NCBI GenBank assembly: GCA_002269645.1
Contig: NIVC01000471.1
Coordinates: forward strand, 239,215 to 303,214
Direction: 5' to 3'
Source: Macrostomum lignano
Lineage: Eukaryota
Length of the DNA: 64,000 nucleotides
The notes under the pieces were generated by a model. It did not search any database, was not told where the DNA came from, and saw nothing but the letters and a program-made list of their open reading frames with translations. The translations under genes were made by a program, and so were the position numbers. Within the stretch, counting starts at the first letter, position 1, and every line of letters begins with the position of its first letter. This document shows, in pieces, positions 41,601-54,539 of the stretch.

Positions 41601-42409
41601 TAGTATATTTTAATTAAAAACTAATTAGTGATTGCTTTACTTTTTAGTTTAACCTTAACTAATTTTAGTCTTTAGTTAAACAATATATTTTGTTTTATTT
41701 GTCCATTATTTAATAAATAGATGATTGACAAATTGGTTATTAAAATATGAATGAAAAACTCTTATTCAAGCAGTATAGCAGATGTATATAACTTCCATCC
41801 TTTAAAACAATCTTACCAATTAGTCTGTTAGTCACTAGCTATAATAGGCTTCTTGCTTTTCTATATTATAAACTCGCGGGCCAAAAAACTGGACCTTTTT
41901 TAAGCACTCCCCTCACACCTGGGGCAGGGTATGCTAGATTTGACAGATTTGACTAAACTAATAGTTGCAAAAGTTAATTACTATAAAGATTGTTGGTAGT
42001 TGTAAATCTACTTTGTTACTAAAGTGGCTTTTATTGAAGTGAATTATATTCACAAAAAGACTATACCATAGTTTTTCTAACAAAAGAGTAGCAAACATTG
42101 TTAACCCTCTATATATATAACTATTTTAACCTTGCAAGCTTGTTCATTAATAAATTTATTTTTTAATGAATATCTAGTGTACTTGTATATTGGTAGATAT
42201 TGGCCAAATCTATAAAAAGATTTTTTTATGAAAAGAAAGGAAATATGCAATAAAAAGTTCTATCAAATTATACATTGACCTTTCTTGTTATACATGTATA
42301 CAATTTGTCTATAGCCACTATAAATGTACAATAATTAAAATTTTATAGAAAGTCAATCAATAATATTTAGCTATTTTGTAAGTTCTAGATAACTATAATA
42401 TCAATGTTT

Positions 42410-42656
42410 TTATATTTGCCATTTTGGAGATGAAAAAATTATTGCCATAGATTGTTGAGGTTGTATAACACTACCCCTGACCTTTGCGCAAGTTTCTTGC
42501 TGTAGCTCTTGAATAAAAAAAGATATCAACATGATTTTAACTTTGTATTATTTGTGACAAAATTTCCTTTCATTTGACACCATGGGCATGAAATTTCATG
42601 GCTCTGTTGAAGAGTTACGTTAGACATTCCGGGAACTTTTGGGACACCCCTCGTAT
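42410..42656. mobile_element. Possible Tc1/mariner-type terminal fragment
   Basis: Ends ACTTTTGGGACACCCCTCGTA-TA (reverse complement TACGAGGGGTGTCCCAAAAGT), a mariner-like TIR. The partner end was not found. Confidence 0.35.
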
Positions 42657-43852
42657 ATACATTTGTCTGTTATGCATGCACTAGGACTAGGTCCAACTTA
42701 AAATTTTATTTCTATTGTATATATACATATGCACCACTCAGCTAAGCTGGCCACTCTGGCTGGCTGGCTGGCAAATAGCAAGGTTCTTAGCCAAGGTAAG
42801 TTGCAAAAATGCTTACTTAAAATATCTAAAAATATAAATGTAATATAAATTAGATAATGAAACGATTAACTTTAATAATACAACCATAGTTACTCCTATC
42901 ATTTATCCATAACTATATTAATTTTCTTACATCTCTTTTCTACCTAGGTAAGTTGCATTGGTAAAAAGATAAGCTGCATGGCTAGTTTAAATCATTTTTG
43001 TTATGTATATATATAATTGTATAATAATATCTCCCTCAGTGCTATAAACATTGGCTCATTATGAATCATTGAACATATTAATCATATTCATTTAGATGAT
43101 ATATATTGGCTCATTTACTATCATGATACCAATAGCAACTCATTGGCTATATTGCATACATGGGACTATCAACTTATATAATTATATAAGCATCATACAT
43201 AAGATAATCATCTAGGACCATTAACTCAAAAGTAAAGACAAACATTTTTAGCAGAAAAAACTGCTTTTGGCAAATTGAATTGTGATAAATTTGACTTGTT
43301 CCTTGCCAAATCCTAACCCGAAGTAATAATATATAAGGCAATATTAATAAAAAGAAATTTAATGACCCAATAAAAATGTAATGATGCATTGAAATAAAGT
43401 CTAGGAGTGTGTCAGCTTAAGAGCAACATTATATTGGATGTATTAAGTATCTAGGATAAATACTAGGTTCTAGATATTAGTTATTTAGTTAATTAGTTAT
43501 TTAATACTATTTGATTTGTTATTTAAATAGCCCTATTAGTATTCTGTGAACCTATCCGGTATTTAGTGGCCCCAAATCAGTAATCAGTGCCCTAAATATT
43601 TATCCAATGGCCCTAGTGAGTGATCCATATTACTTATTCTTCTACTTTTCTCATCAGCATTCTAAATCTAAATTGAATTTTATATAATGTATTGCATGAA
43701 AATACAAGAAAAGACTACCAATTGTATTTTTCAACAATAAATTTGAATATAATTTTTACTTGCTTGTCTCTTACTTGAATAAGTAAAATTATTCATAACC
43801 CTCTGCTAATCGATTGGAATTTTTGTCTGCAAGCAATAATCTGAACGCAGCC

Positions 43853-46166
43853 ATGGCCAAAGTTAACATTTCAAATGTGGAAGTCCTGGACACAGAGGCC
43901 ACCTTTCTCAGCCCATTTCGCTTCAAAATCACATTCGAGTGCTACGAACCGCTGGAGGAGGACTTGGAGTGGCGATTGATCTACGTTTCTAGCGCTTATA
44001 ATATGTCGCTAGACCAGACTCTGGACTCCATCTTGGTCGGCCCAGTGCCAGTTGGCAAGCATCAGTTCGTGTTCGAGGCTGGCCCGCCAAATACTGACGT
44101 TATTCCAGTTGAAGATGCTGTTGGAGTCACCGTTGTGATTGTGGCCTGTCTGTATCGCGATCAGGTTTGTCGCTTTCAACTGAAAATTTTATTTCTATTA
44201 AGTGAGATTGTGTACCAGGAAGTACGAAGCTCGGTTAATTCTGGTTAATTACGATTTCCTGAAGTCTGCCATCCCAAGGCGTCAGCGCCCCGAAAGATCC
44301 CCCCCCCCCCCAGAGACAGATTCCCTCCAGAGACAGATCCCCCAGACACAGATCTTCCAGAGACATATCCCCTGAGACATTCCCCCTGAGGCTGATCCCC
44401 AGAAAAATTCCCCCTGAGACAGATCTCCCAGAGACATTCCCCCTGGGACATTCCCCCTGAGGCAGACCCCCCAGAGATATCCCCCTGAGACATCCCTCGC
44501 AGACAGATCCCTCAAAAACAGATCCCCCAAAAACAGATCCCTCAAAAACAGATCCCCCAAAAACAGCCCTCAAAAACAGATCCCCCAAAAACAGATCCCT
44601 CAAAAACAGATCCCCCAAAAACAGATCCCTCAAAAACAGATCCCCCAAAATCAGATCCCCCAAAATCAGATCCCCCAAAAACAGATCCCTCAAAAACAGA
44701 TCCCCCAAAATCAGATCCCCCAAAGACAACCTTAAAGACAGACCCCAGAAGACAGGCTACCAGAGAAAACTCCATAGATAACCAGAGACAGCCCCTACTA
44801 GACTAGACAGATTAAAGTACATCTACTCAAGCCCACCGCCGCGCACCTGCCGACAGGAGTTCATCCGCGTCGGCTACTACGTGAACAACGAGTACTCAGA
44901 CGAGCAGCTGCGCGAGACTCCGCCAGACCGGCCGCAGTACGACAAGCTGGCCAGGCAGATCCTGGCCGGCAATCCGAGGATCACCAGACGCGGCATCGAC
45001 TGGGGCGAGAGTGTCGCGGGCGCCACTGCGGATTCTGCCTTCGAAGCAGCCGTGGCTGGTTGCCAGGCTGTCGCTGGCGCTGCTGAGGCTGCCGACTCAG
45101 GGTCCGGTTCTGTGCAGAAGCAGCAGTCCGCTGATGCGGAGCCACAGCAGCAGCAGGTATTGTGATTGATAATTTCGTTTTTATTTTATGACTGATGTTT
45201 TTTAAAGCAAAATTTCCTTCATAGTCCAAGTTGAAATCATAACCTTTTCACCCTAATTAAAAATCTATACTGTATGACCCCCTATTAAAAATCAATACTT
45301 TATGACCCCCTAATTAAAAATCTATACTGTATGACCCCCTATTAAAAATCAATACTTTATGACCCCTTATTAAAAATCAATTCTTTATGACCCCCAATTA
45401 AAAATCAATACTTTATGACCCCAAATTATAAGTCAATACTTTATGACCCCCAATTAAAAAATCAATACTTTATGACCCCCAATTAAAAATCAATACTTTA
45501 TGACCCCCGAAGAAAAATCAATACTTTATGACCCCCGAAGAAAAATCAATACTTTATGAACCCAAAAAAATTAATACTTTATGACCCCAATTAAAAATCA
45601 ATACTTAGTAGTCCTCAATTAAAAATCAATACTTAGTAGTCCTCAATTAAAAATCAATACTTAGTAGTCCTCAATTAAAAATCAATACTTAGTAGTCCTC
45701 AATTAAAAATCAATACTTAGTAGTCCTCAATTAAAAATCAATACTTAGTAGTCCTCAATTAAAAATCAATACTTAGTAGTCCTCAATTAAAAATCAATAC
45801 TTAGTAGTCCTCAATTAAAAATCAATACTTAGTAGTCCTCAATTAAAAATCAGTTCAAGTACTAAGTAGTATATGTTGCTTTTCAAGTAGACTATGAACT
45901 CCGAAGTGTAAAGTTTAAAATTATCATTTTGGCTGCTTACTTTTGACTCTTGAAAATTGCATTGTTTTCCATTTAAGCCACTTAGCCAGTCAGCTGAGTC
46001 GCAGCAGCGGCACCAGCAGGTGTCGGAGAGTAGCAATAAAAACTCCGACACAATGGACGGTGCCAATCCGACCAGCGCCGCTAATCCTGCAGCTGCTGCG
46101 GTGGCGCCAGCTTCCTTGGTTGCTAAGGAGAATTATGACCCTGGCGTGGCTGCCAGCGCTTCCTAG
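43853..46166 (+). CDS. ASF1: Histone chaperone ASF1 (~266 aa)
   Basis: Exons 43853-44164, 44857-45156 and probable 45978-46166 (all phase 0). MAKVNISNVEVLD, PFRFKITFEC, LDSILVGPVPVGKHQFVFEA, AVGVTVV and EFIRVGYYVNNEY..LRETPP are diagnostic. The last exon is low-complexity and less certain. Confidence 0.95.
44290..44790. repeat. ~17-bp degenerate repeat (CAGATCCCCCAAAAA) in ASF1 intron 1
   Basis: Direct reading. Confidence 0.88.
45270..45855. repeat. ~27-bp AT-rich tandem repeats (AATTAAAAATCAATACTTTATGACCCC / ...TTAGTAGTCCTC) in ASF1 intron 2
   Basis: Direct reading. The unit switches part way through. Confidence 0.92.
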
Positions 46167-46597
46167 GCTCCCAAAGTCCTGGCATCCTCGGCCAAGCTGT
46201 CTGCTAACTATAATAATTATGAATTGACAGCAGGTGAAATTTTGTCTAAAATAGTTTGCTTAATTCAAAATAATTATGTCAATAAAAACTGTTAGGCATT
46301 TATAATTCTGTCTAGTGCTATTCAGTGTCATGCATATTTATAAACTGCCAGGTAAAACTATGGCTTTGACTTATACAGTAATTTATAATAATGTTAATTG
46401 CATACTTGAAAATAGTCGGTTTAAAAAATATATGAAATAAGAAAAAAATTATATTATTAATGTTACTCGTAGAAATATGTGTTGCAAATTTTCTTTAACT
46501 GTATTGACAAATTATTAAAAACTGTTTATAGTATGCTTAGAAATAGGATAAGCTAGAAAAATGTTAGATTTCTAGTGGTTAAACACACTACTTGAGT

Positions 46598-48408
46598 TTA
46601 TATTTCAGTAGTACTGTAGGGCCAGGCCGCTTGCGACTTTAATTGTTCTGTTCTTTCTCCTCCTCCTTCGTCTGAAGTGAAGCCTTTGTTATTAGCGGCG
46701 GCCTCGTTTGATGTGCTGACTGTACCGTAATATGGCTGCTGGTAGTTGTCGTGTGATAAGTATTGCTGCTGTGGTGCTGCCACTGGGTTCATCTGTTGTT
46801 CTCGCACGCCGAATACGTTCGATACGGCGTAGGGGCTGGCATCGTCAGGATTGGCGCTGCTGTACGGTCTCGGGTACTGGTCTGTGTGTTGGATTTGGAG
46901 TTTTCGGCAAGCTGGATCTGGGACTGTGGCAAGCGAATGGGATCTGGGACTGTGGCAAGCGAATGGGATCTGGGACTGTGGCAAGCAAATGAGATCTGGG
47001 ACTGTGGCAAGCGAATGGGATCTGGGACTGTGGCAAGCGAATGGGATCTGGGACTGTGGCAAGCGAATGGGATCTGGGACTGTGGGAAGCAAATGGGATC
47101 TGGGACTGTGGGAAGCAAATGAGATCTGGGACTGTGGGAAGCAAATGGGATCTGGGACTGTGGGAAGCAAATGAGATCTGGGACTGTGGGAAGCAAATGG
47201 GATCTGGGACTGTGGGAAGCAAATGGGATCTGGGACTGTGGGAAGCAAATGGGATCTGGGACTGTGGGAAGCAAATGGGATCTGGAAGGGTCGCCCATTA
47301 ACTTGGATCTGTGAGGCGAACCCAGCAACTGAGGAGCTGGGAGGCTGGCCCAGCAACTGAGGATCTGGGAGGCTGGCCCAGCACCTGAGGATCTGGCAGG
47401 CTGGCCCAGCAACTGAGGATCTGGGAAGATGGCACTGATGATCTATTGCAATAGTAAGATGACCAAGCAGCTGATGATCTATAAGTCTGGCCCAGCAACA
47501 AATATCTGAGGGTGGCAGTGTCCCAGTCTAATAAAATTAATGATTAGTGAATCATCTAAATTACGAAGAGTTGTTAGTAATAGCAGAATTTATCAAAACA
47601 AGTGTTAAAAGTCCAAAGAAGGTGGCCACAGGTCAACCAATGCTGCATTCTCACCCGAATCGGGCCGCTCCTGTTTTTCTGACTGCTTTCGTCGCCCCAG
47701 CGACGCCAATCTTGTGAAGAAGGATTTGCGCATCGTTGAACCGGCAAAGCCGCCCTGATCGCTTGCCGTTACTCTGCTGTCCACGGTTGAAACAGGCGTC
47801 TTGGTAGAGAGATGACTATTAGTTGTCTTTGACGGCTTTTTGAACAGCTTTCTTGACGCTGCAAGTAGCAGGAGTTGGGCCAGGCTGATTACTGAAGCTG
47901 TGTACATCAGTGTCGCCGCTGGTCGCCATCCGGCTTCAGCTGAACTGAACGATGAACTGATAATGATAGCTGGCGCCAGTTCAGCTGCTAGGCAGCCGCC
48001 TCCAATGAGCACAGCGGCAGTGGTCTGAGTGGCCGAGACTGGCCCTTGCACAGCCACCGCACTGTAGGCTAGCATGCCCAGGTGTCCCACAATGGCTACG
48101 CTGAGAGACCAGACTGGGAACCGGCAGATCTCCTGGTTCCCGCTGCCCCTCTTGCATACGTCGCCGGTTCGGCCTCCGCCTGCGTCACCGAAAGCTGCCA
48201 CAGCCGAGGCAATCAAAGCTCCGATGTCCAGACAGGCTGACAGGCACTGACAGGCCGCGTAGATTAGCGTTAGCTGACGCGGCGTATTCAGCATTTCTGT
48301 CTGTTTTGTGTGGCTTTTACGCTGAGAACAGTTGGCTTTGCAATTTTCTGTGTGAGTCAGGGAGCCAGCGGCTTTTGTAGCGGCAGTAGCACGCAAAGAA
48401 TTGGCCAT
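46598..48408 (-). CDS. Uncharacterised four-transmembrane protein (~355 aa), claudin/PMP22-like topology
   Basis: Exons 48408-47655 (TCG G|GTGAG) and 46911-46598 (ATCCAG|CT) join in phase 1. Four hydrophobic segments, a two-Cys loop after TM1 (VCKRGSGNQEICRF) and a long polar tail. No family was recognised. Confidence 0.65.
46914..47285. repeat. 26-bp tandem repeat (GGATCTGGGACTGTGGGAAGCAAATG), intronic
   Basis: Direct reading. It ends exactly at the splice acceptor. Confidence 0.94.
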
Positions 48409-48889
48409 TATTCTCTGCTCTCTCCGCACTTCTTTATCCCTAGAGTCCCGCGTACACTGGGGGGAGTTTTCAGGGAGTGTCGCAAAAGTTGGTTTGGCCT
48501 CTCTGCCCTTCTCACTCTGCCTTGGTCCCTCTCAGGGCGTTGGCATGTTGGAGTGGGTGGGATAGAAAAAAGAGGGGATCTATTATGGATACGCGATTGG
48601 GATTTCAAGGGCGGGGTTCAATCAGGCTGTATAGTTACAGTCATTGGCGCTTAATTCCCGGTCTTTCTAGTGAAGAGTCGCTAGCGGAGCCGGAGTGGAG
48701 AAGGGACACATAAGATTTTTTATTGAGTGTCGGTTCTGGTCCGGAATGGCCGGTGTGACGATCGATGTGCACTTCCTAGGGTTTCAGGGTTATGAGCCTG
48801 TTTTGCAGCAGAAACTCGGCACTGTTTCTGGGCCTTCTTATCCCTCAGGCTTGACTATTACACTAAACATCGATCCATCGATTCTTCAC

Positions 48890-49915
48890 CACTCCAGTCT
48901 ATCCAATACCAGCCCAGTTTATCCAACACCAGCCCAGTCTGTCCAACACCATCACAGTCTATCCAACACCAGCCCAGTCTGTCCAGCACCATCCCAGTTT
49001 ATCCAACACCAGCCCAGTCTGTCCAACACAATCCCAGTTTATCCAACACAATCCCAGTTTATCCAACACCATCCCAGTTTATCCAAAACCATCCCAGTTT
49101 ATCCAACACCAGCCCAGTTTATCCAACACCATCCCAGTTTATCCAACACAATCCCAGTTTATCCAACACCATCCCAGTTTATCCAAAACCATCCCAGTTT
49201 ATCCAACACCAGCCCAGTTTATCCAACACCATCCCAGTTTATCCAACACCATCCCAGTTTATCCAACACCAGCCCAGTTTATCCAAAACCATCCCAGTTT
49301 ATCCAACACCAGTCCAGTCTATCCAACACCATCCCAGTTTATCCAACACCAGTCCAGTCTATCCAACACAATCCCAGTTTATCCAACACAATCCCAGTTT
49401 ATCCAACACCATCCCAGTTTATCCAACACCAGTCCAGTCTATCCAACACAATCCCAGTTTATCCAACACAATCCCAGTTTATCCAACACCATCCCAGTCT
49501 ATCCAAAACCAGCCCAGTCTATCCAACACCAGTCCAGTCTATCCAACACAATCCCAGTTTATCCAACACCATCCCAGTTTATCCAACACCAGTCCAGTCT
49601 ATCCAACACAATCCCAGTTTATCCAACACCATCCCAGTCTATCCAAAACCAGCCCAGTCTATCCAACACCAGTCCAGTCTATCCAACACAATCCCAGTTT
49701 ATCCAACACCATCCCAGTCTATCTAACACCAGTCCGGTCTATCCAACACCATTCCAGTCTATCCAACACCATCCCAGTTTATCCAACACCAGCCCAGTTT
49801 ATCCAACACCATCCCAGTCTATCCAACACCATCCCAGTTTATCCAACACCAGCCCAGTCTATCCAACACCAGCCCAGTCTATCCAACACCAGCCCAGTCT
49901 GTCCAACACAGTCCT
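48890..49915. repeat. 20-bp minisatellite (ATCCAACACCATCCCAGTTT)
   Basis: Direct reading. It is the source of ORF 48695..49726. Confidence 0.95.
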
Positions 49916-49999
49916 TAGCTGTCATCTATATATTATTGCAACATCCAATCGCCGTATTCCAACCTTCATACCCGCTGAACTTTTCCTGCAATCCCCAAC

Positions 50000-50752
50000 A
50001 TGCTCAGCACCTCTCCTTCGCGTCTTCTTGTCCATCTTCTTCGGGCACATCGATGCCTCCTAGTTCGATGCTGCGCCGCCACCACAGCATCGCCGACATC
50101 CGGTCACCCTCCTCCAGTCGTTCGTGTTGAAGCATCTGACGCCGCTACTGAACAGGACATCCGCAGTCATCTCAGCCTGTTCCCCCAGTTCATCTCAGAG
50201 TCGGAGGAGGCCGCCCTGATGTCGGAGCTGCAGCCGATTCTCCGTAAATTGCGCTACGAGTCTGCACACTGGGACGACGCCATCCAAAACTACCGGGAGA
50301 CGGAGCGCACCGTCTGGTCGGATGCGAATCGCGCGCTGCTTCAGCGAGTGGCCGAGACAGCCGGACTGACCGGAAAGTCCCAGCTGGAGCATGTCCATGT
50401 GCTAGACTTGGCCGAAGACGGTCACATCCGGCCGCACGTGGATGCGGTGAGATTCTGCGGCTCCATCATAGCGGGCCTGAGCTTGCTGTCCGACTGCGTG
50501 ATGCGATTCACCCTAGCAACCGCCGAGCAATCCGCTTGGGCCAAAGTGCTGCTGCCGCGTCGGTCTCTTTACGTTATGAAAGACCGGCTGCGGTACGACT
50601 ACGCGCACGCTGTGCTGGGCAATGACGATGCCAATAATTGCATTGGAAAGCAGGTTGTGAGGAAGGGCAGGCGGGTTTCCGTCATCTGTCGGTGTCAGCC
50701 TGATCCGGAGAGAGTTAAAGCTGCCGATGGTGGCCAGGATGGATCTTCGTGA
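50000..50752 (+). CDS. ALKBH7: Mitochondrial Fe(II)/2-oxoglutarate dioxygenase ALKBH7, single exon, 250 aa
   Basis: Mitochondrial-type N-terminus, RYESAHWDDAIQNYRETE, HVHVLDL..GHIRPHVD..RFCG..IAGLSLLS, LPRRSLY..RYDYAH and RRVSVICR (HxD...H...R motif). Confidence 0.96.
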   Translation: MLSTSPSRLLVHLLRAHRCLLVRCCAATTASPTSGHPPPVVRVEASDAATEQDIRSHLSLFPQFISESEEAALMSELQPILRKLRYESAHWDDAIQNYRETERTVWSDANRALLQRVAETAGLTGKSQLEHVHVLDLAEDGHIRPHVDAVRFCGSIIAGLSLLSDCVMRFTLATAEQSAWAKVLLPRRSLYVMKDRLRYDYAHAVLGNDDANNCIGKQVVRKGRRVSVICRCQPDPERVKAADGGQDGSS

Positions 50753-51269
50753 TGACTGTGATGGTGTATGTCTGTCCTTCAATGTACATTCAATGTACAA
50801 TCGTACATCGGATTCTCTGCCCCCTAATGGTTACATTCAGCCATCATCGGATTCTCTGCCCCCCCCCCAGTGTACACCCAGCCATCATCGAATTCTCTGC
50901 CCCCCCCAATGTACATCCAGCCATCATCTGACTCCCTGTTCCCCTACTGTACATCCGACCATCGTTGGATTCTCTTGGCTCTAATGTCATCTGCCTTGAA
51001 TGTACTCGTACGTCTAAATTTTGAGATATCAATTTCTGCTTCTTATTTGTGTCGCATTTTTAGCGCCTTTCTGCAGTTTCTATAAAAATACATGCTAAAT
51101 TAGAGTTGTCCCATTAGAGTTTTTTTGCTTTGATTTAATGACAAGCATCCCGATTTTTCAGTGACAATTACTCCGTCGAATTCACTTTTTGGTTCAATTG
51201 TTTCAAGTGTTCCGATGCCTACCACCTACGTTAACTTTATTAATGCTAGACCATGCTCCTAATGTACTC

Positions 51270-51890
51270 GAATACATTCAACCCCACCCGGATTCCCTTC
51301 TCTGCTCCTAATGTACATTCAACCCACCCGGATTTCCTACCCCTAATGTACATTCAACCCCACCCAGATTTCCTGCCCCTAGTGTACCTTCAGCCCCACC
51401 CGGATTTACTGCCCTAAGTGTACATTCAGCCCCATCCGGATTTCCTGCCCCTAATGTACATTCAACCCCACCCGGATTTCCTGCCCCTAATGTACATTCA
51501 ACCCCACCCAGATTTACTGCCCTAAGTGTACATTCAGCCCCATCCGGATTTCCTGCCCCTAATGTACATTCAACCCCACCCGGATTTCCTGCCCCTAATG
51601 TACATTCAACCCCACCCGGATTTCCTGCCCCTAATGTACATTCAACCCCACCCGGATTTCCTGCCCCTAATGTACATTCAACCCCACCCAGATTTACTGC
51701 CCTAAGTGTACATTCAGCCCCACCCGAATTTCCTGTCCCAAGTGTACATTTAACCCCACCCAGATTTACTGCCCTAAGTGTACATTCAGCCCCACCCGGA
51801 TTTCCTGCCCCAAGTGTACATTTAACCCCACCCGGATTTTCTGTACATCTAACCCCTACCCGGATTACGTGCCCCTAGTGTACACTCTGT
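51270..51890. repeat. 36-bp tandem repeat (CCTAATGTACATTCAACCCCACCCGGATTTCCTGCC)
   Basis: Direct reading. A related degenerate repeat lies at about 50770-50965. Confidence 0.93.
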
Positions 51891-51918
51891 CACTTAGCCT
51901 CTCCATAAGATAACAAAA

Positions 51919-54074
51919 ATGTACATTCCTATTCATGCAAATTTCTCACGTACCGAAATGCACGAAGAGGCAACAGCTGCTCCACCCAGCAGCCCTCAGT
52001 GGCTTCTATTCTTACCTGAATCGATGCTGGCAACCTCTTTGAAGTTGCCGCTTAATAAAACTAGTTCAACTACGCTAACAGGCCGCCGCAACGAAGCTCA
52101 ACGAGTGGCCACTGTGCTGGAATTTGCCGATGACATTGATAATGTTGAACCTCTGGATGCCCTGCTAATAAGTGAATCCACACTCATTGTGTTCTACGAT
52201 CCCCGGTCTGTCAGAGACAGCCTGTTCATGACTCACCCATCGGACTCGCTGGGAGCTCTGCCACCAACTGGGCCTCGGTTGGATGCCTTCAGACAGCAGC
52301 TGGGCTGTCCCAGCAGTCTGGCTAGACCAGCTGGTCCTGCAGCCGGGGTTGCTAACCAGAAGCCTGCGTCGCTATTAGCAACCGCACTATCCTGGTGCGC
52401 AACCATCAGTCGGATTCGTTCCGCTTGGCAAAATTTCAAATTATCTCTGCCGCCGAATTCGAATCCGCACGCTGCGGCACAGCTGGCGTTGCAGCTGCTT
52501 CTAGGAGCCTGCTTGGTTCTGGCTGCGAATTGCTTCTGCGATGCAGTCAGCGGCTTGAATCCGGTTTGCTGCCGGGGTGGCGATAGCGGCGGATGCGCGT
52601 TTGCGCTGCGTCACTGGACTGCGCAGTTGGAGTTGGCGCTGCGCTCGGCTCTCGAATGGCTGAGGCGCTACCCGGCAGGACTGAAGCTGCATAGCGGGGC
52701 TGCGAGGGTGCTGGCTCAGGTGTGTGCGCGGTGTGGTGGTGTTGTGTGACACATTTGCTGCGCTTGAATGCTAATTTGCAATTGATTTTTACATTGGCGC
52801 AGTTTAGGGATTTCCTATGCGTGTTTGTTAGGGATTCCCCCAGTCTTTTTCGTTTTTTTATTTCCCTTTCTGTTTGGGATTCCCCCAGTTTTTTAGTTTA
52901 GAGATTTCCCTTGCGTGTTTTTTAGGGATTCCCCAAGTTTTTTAGTTTAGGGATTTCCCTTGTTTGTTTGTTAGGGATTCCCCAAGTTTTTTTAGTTTTG
53001 GGATTTTCCTTGCGTGGTTTTTAGGATTTCCTTTGTGTGTTTGTAAGGGATTCCCCCAGTTTTTCAGTTTAGGGATTTCCTTTGTGTGTTTGTTGGGATT
53101 CCCCCAGTTTTTTAGTTTAGAGATTTCCCTTGCGTGTTTTTTAGGGATTCCCCCAGTTTTTTTTTAGTTTAGTTTAACAGCCTTGTTGGCCAAACCCCCA
53201 AGGCACAGTGAAGTGTACATGCCTAACGATAAATAAAGTTAGGGCCGCTGTACACTCCTGTGTGAGTGTGTGCCTGTGCGTATGTCTGCGTACGTATCCG
53301 CGCGCTTGTGTGCCAATAAGACAGTAAGCAAGGATTGAACACACTACTTGCAGTCAGTCTTGTGAGTAGTAAGATTCGCAAATTATTCTCTACCTAAATA
53401 ATTTCTCCCAGGGTTTGGCCTACCAGCTGAGCATCTGGCACCAGTGGACCGACTCTCTCCTGCTGCCCATTGTCACGGCCAACCTGTGGCGGGCCAGCCT
53501 CCTTCTAGCGGCTGTGGGCGGCGCTCCCTGCCAGCTCGCCCTGCTGTCCGACTTCTGCCGCCTCGTAGCGCTGCACCTGCGCCTGCTGGACTCTCTGTGC
53601 TGCCGGCTCTGCTGTCTGCAGCTCCGACTGCTCGGCGCCGCCGCCCGGCTGCTGCGCGGCCGCAAGTGGAATCCGCTGCGTCTGAGAGCCGACAGTGCGC
53701 CCTACCAGCTGGACCAGCTGCTGCTCTGCACCCTGGCATTCGCTGTGCTGCTGTTCATGCTGCCCACCTTTGCCGCCTTTGCCGGTGTGCTGCTGGCCTT
53801 CCACCTGGTGTGGCGGGCCTGCGACTGGGGCCTGCTGGCTCTGGCCGCTGCGCCCTGCCGTCTGCCCGCTCTGCTCACTGCCGTCTGGCTGGCCAACCAT
53901 CGGCTGGTGTACGCCGTGCCGAGATTCGAACTGGCGACCTCGCACACAGCATCCTACTATTTATCAGCTGTCGGCGATGGAGAAGTGAGAAAGCAGCCTG
54001 CGCTGCGATTGAAGCTGGATAAGATTGGCCTGGGACAGGCGCTGCGGCTCGGGCCGGCCTTCTATCGGGTGTGA
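51919..54074 (+). CDS. PIGQ: GPI-GlcNAc transferase subunit PIG-Q/Gpi1
   Basis: Exons 51919 (or 51958)-52719 (CAG|GTGTGT) and 53412-54074 (CCCCAG|), phase 0. YPAGLKL, LLRGRKWNPLRLRADS..YQLDQLLL.TL.F..LLFMLPT match the Gpi1 domain. Confidence 0.9.
52800..53170. repeat. Degenerate T-rich repeat (TTTAGGGATTTCCC...) in the PIGQ intron
   Basis: Direct reading. Confidence 0.85.
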
Positions 54075-54099
54075 CCGGCTGTGTTGCTATTGACAACGC

Positions 54100-54446
54100 G
54101 GGGCGGGGTAGTTTAATCCTGCTTGCTGCTGCTAAGTAGTTCACTGGAGTTGGGCCCGTTGAAAAGGTTACCGTGACAAGATGTGCAACCGACAGCTCAG
54201 CCGCAGCGATTGCGCGGCGCATTTGAAAGCTGCGTACGGCTGTTCAGTCCAAGGACGGGGGGGGGGTCGCCACACACCCTCAATTACCCCAGCTAATGCT
54301 GGCACCCATTTTACAGCTGGGTGAACTGAAGCAATGCAGAGTTGGGTGTATTTTTCAAGGACACAAATTGTTCCAGTGGGATCGGGACTCGAACCCCCGA
54401 CCTTCAAGTCGTGGGTCCGCCGCTCTAACTACTAAGCTACAACCCC
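54100..54446 (-). mobile_element. tRNA-derived SINE with a Deu/Nin-like central domain
   Basis: Minus-strand head GGGGTTG-TAGCTTAGTAG (A box) ... GGTTCGAGTCC (B box), followed by TGTGTCCTTG...CACCCAGCTGTAAAATGGGTGCC, which resembles conserved SINE central domains as I recall them. The 3' end is approximate. Confidence 0.7.
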
Positions 54447-54539
54447 ATAACGAATAAAATAACTGTAATGCAACGGAGAGGCGACTGTTAAGTCAGCAGC
54501 GCATCACGTGAGTTGTAGAATCCAAAGAGTCGTCATGTT

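Noticed and set aside
39500-43800. Short ORFs in the AT-rich spacer between the kelch gene and ASF1 (also 62605-63339)
   Set aside because: They are short and AT-rich, with no coding-like codon bias or motifs.
52800-53170. TTTAGGG words as interstitial telomeric repeats
   Set aside because: They are isolated words within a longer degenerate unit and are never tandem.
54373-54446. Functional tRNA gene (also 23287-23360)
   Set aside because: The anticodon arm and stems are degenerate and the sequence runs on into SINE-like body sequence.
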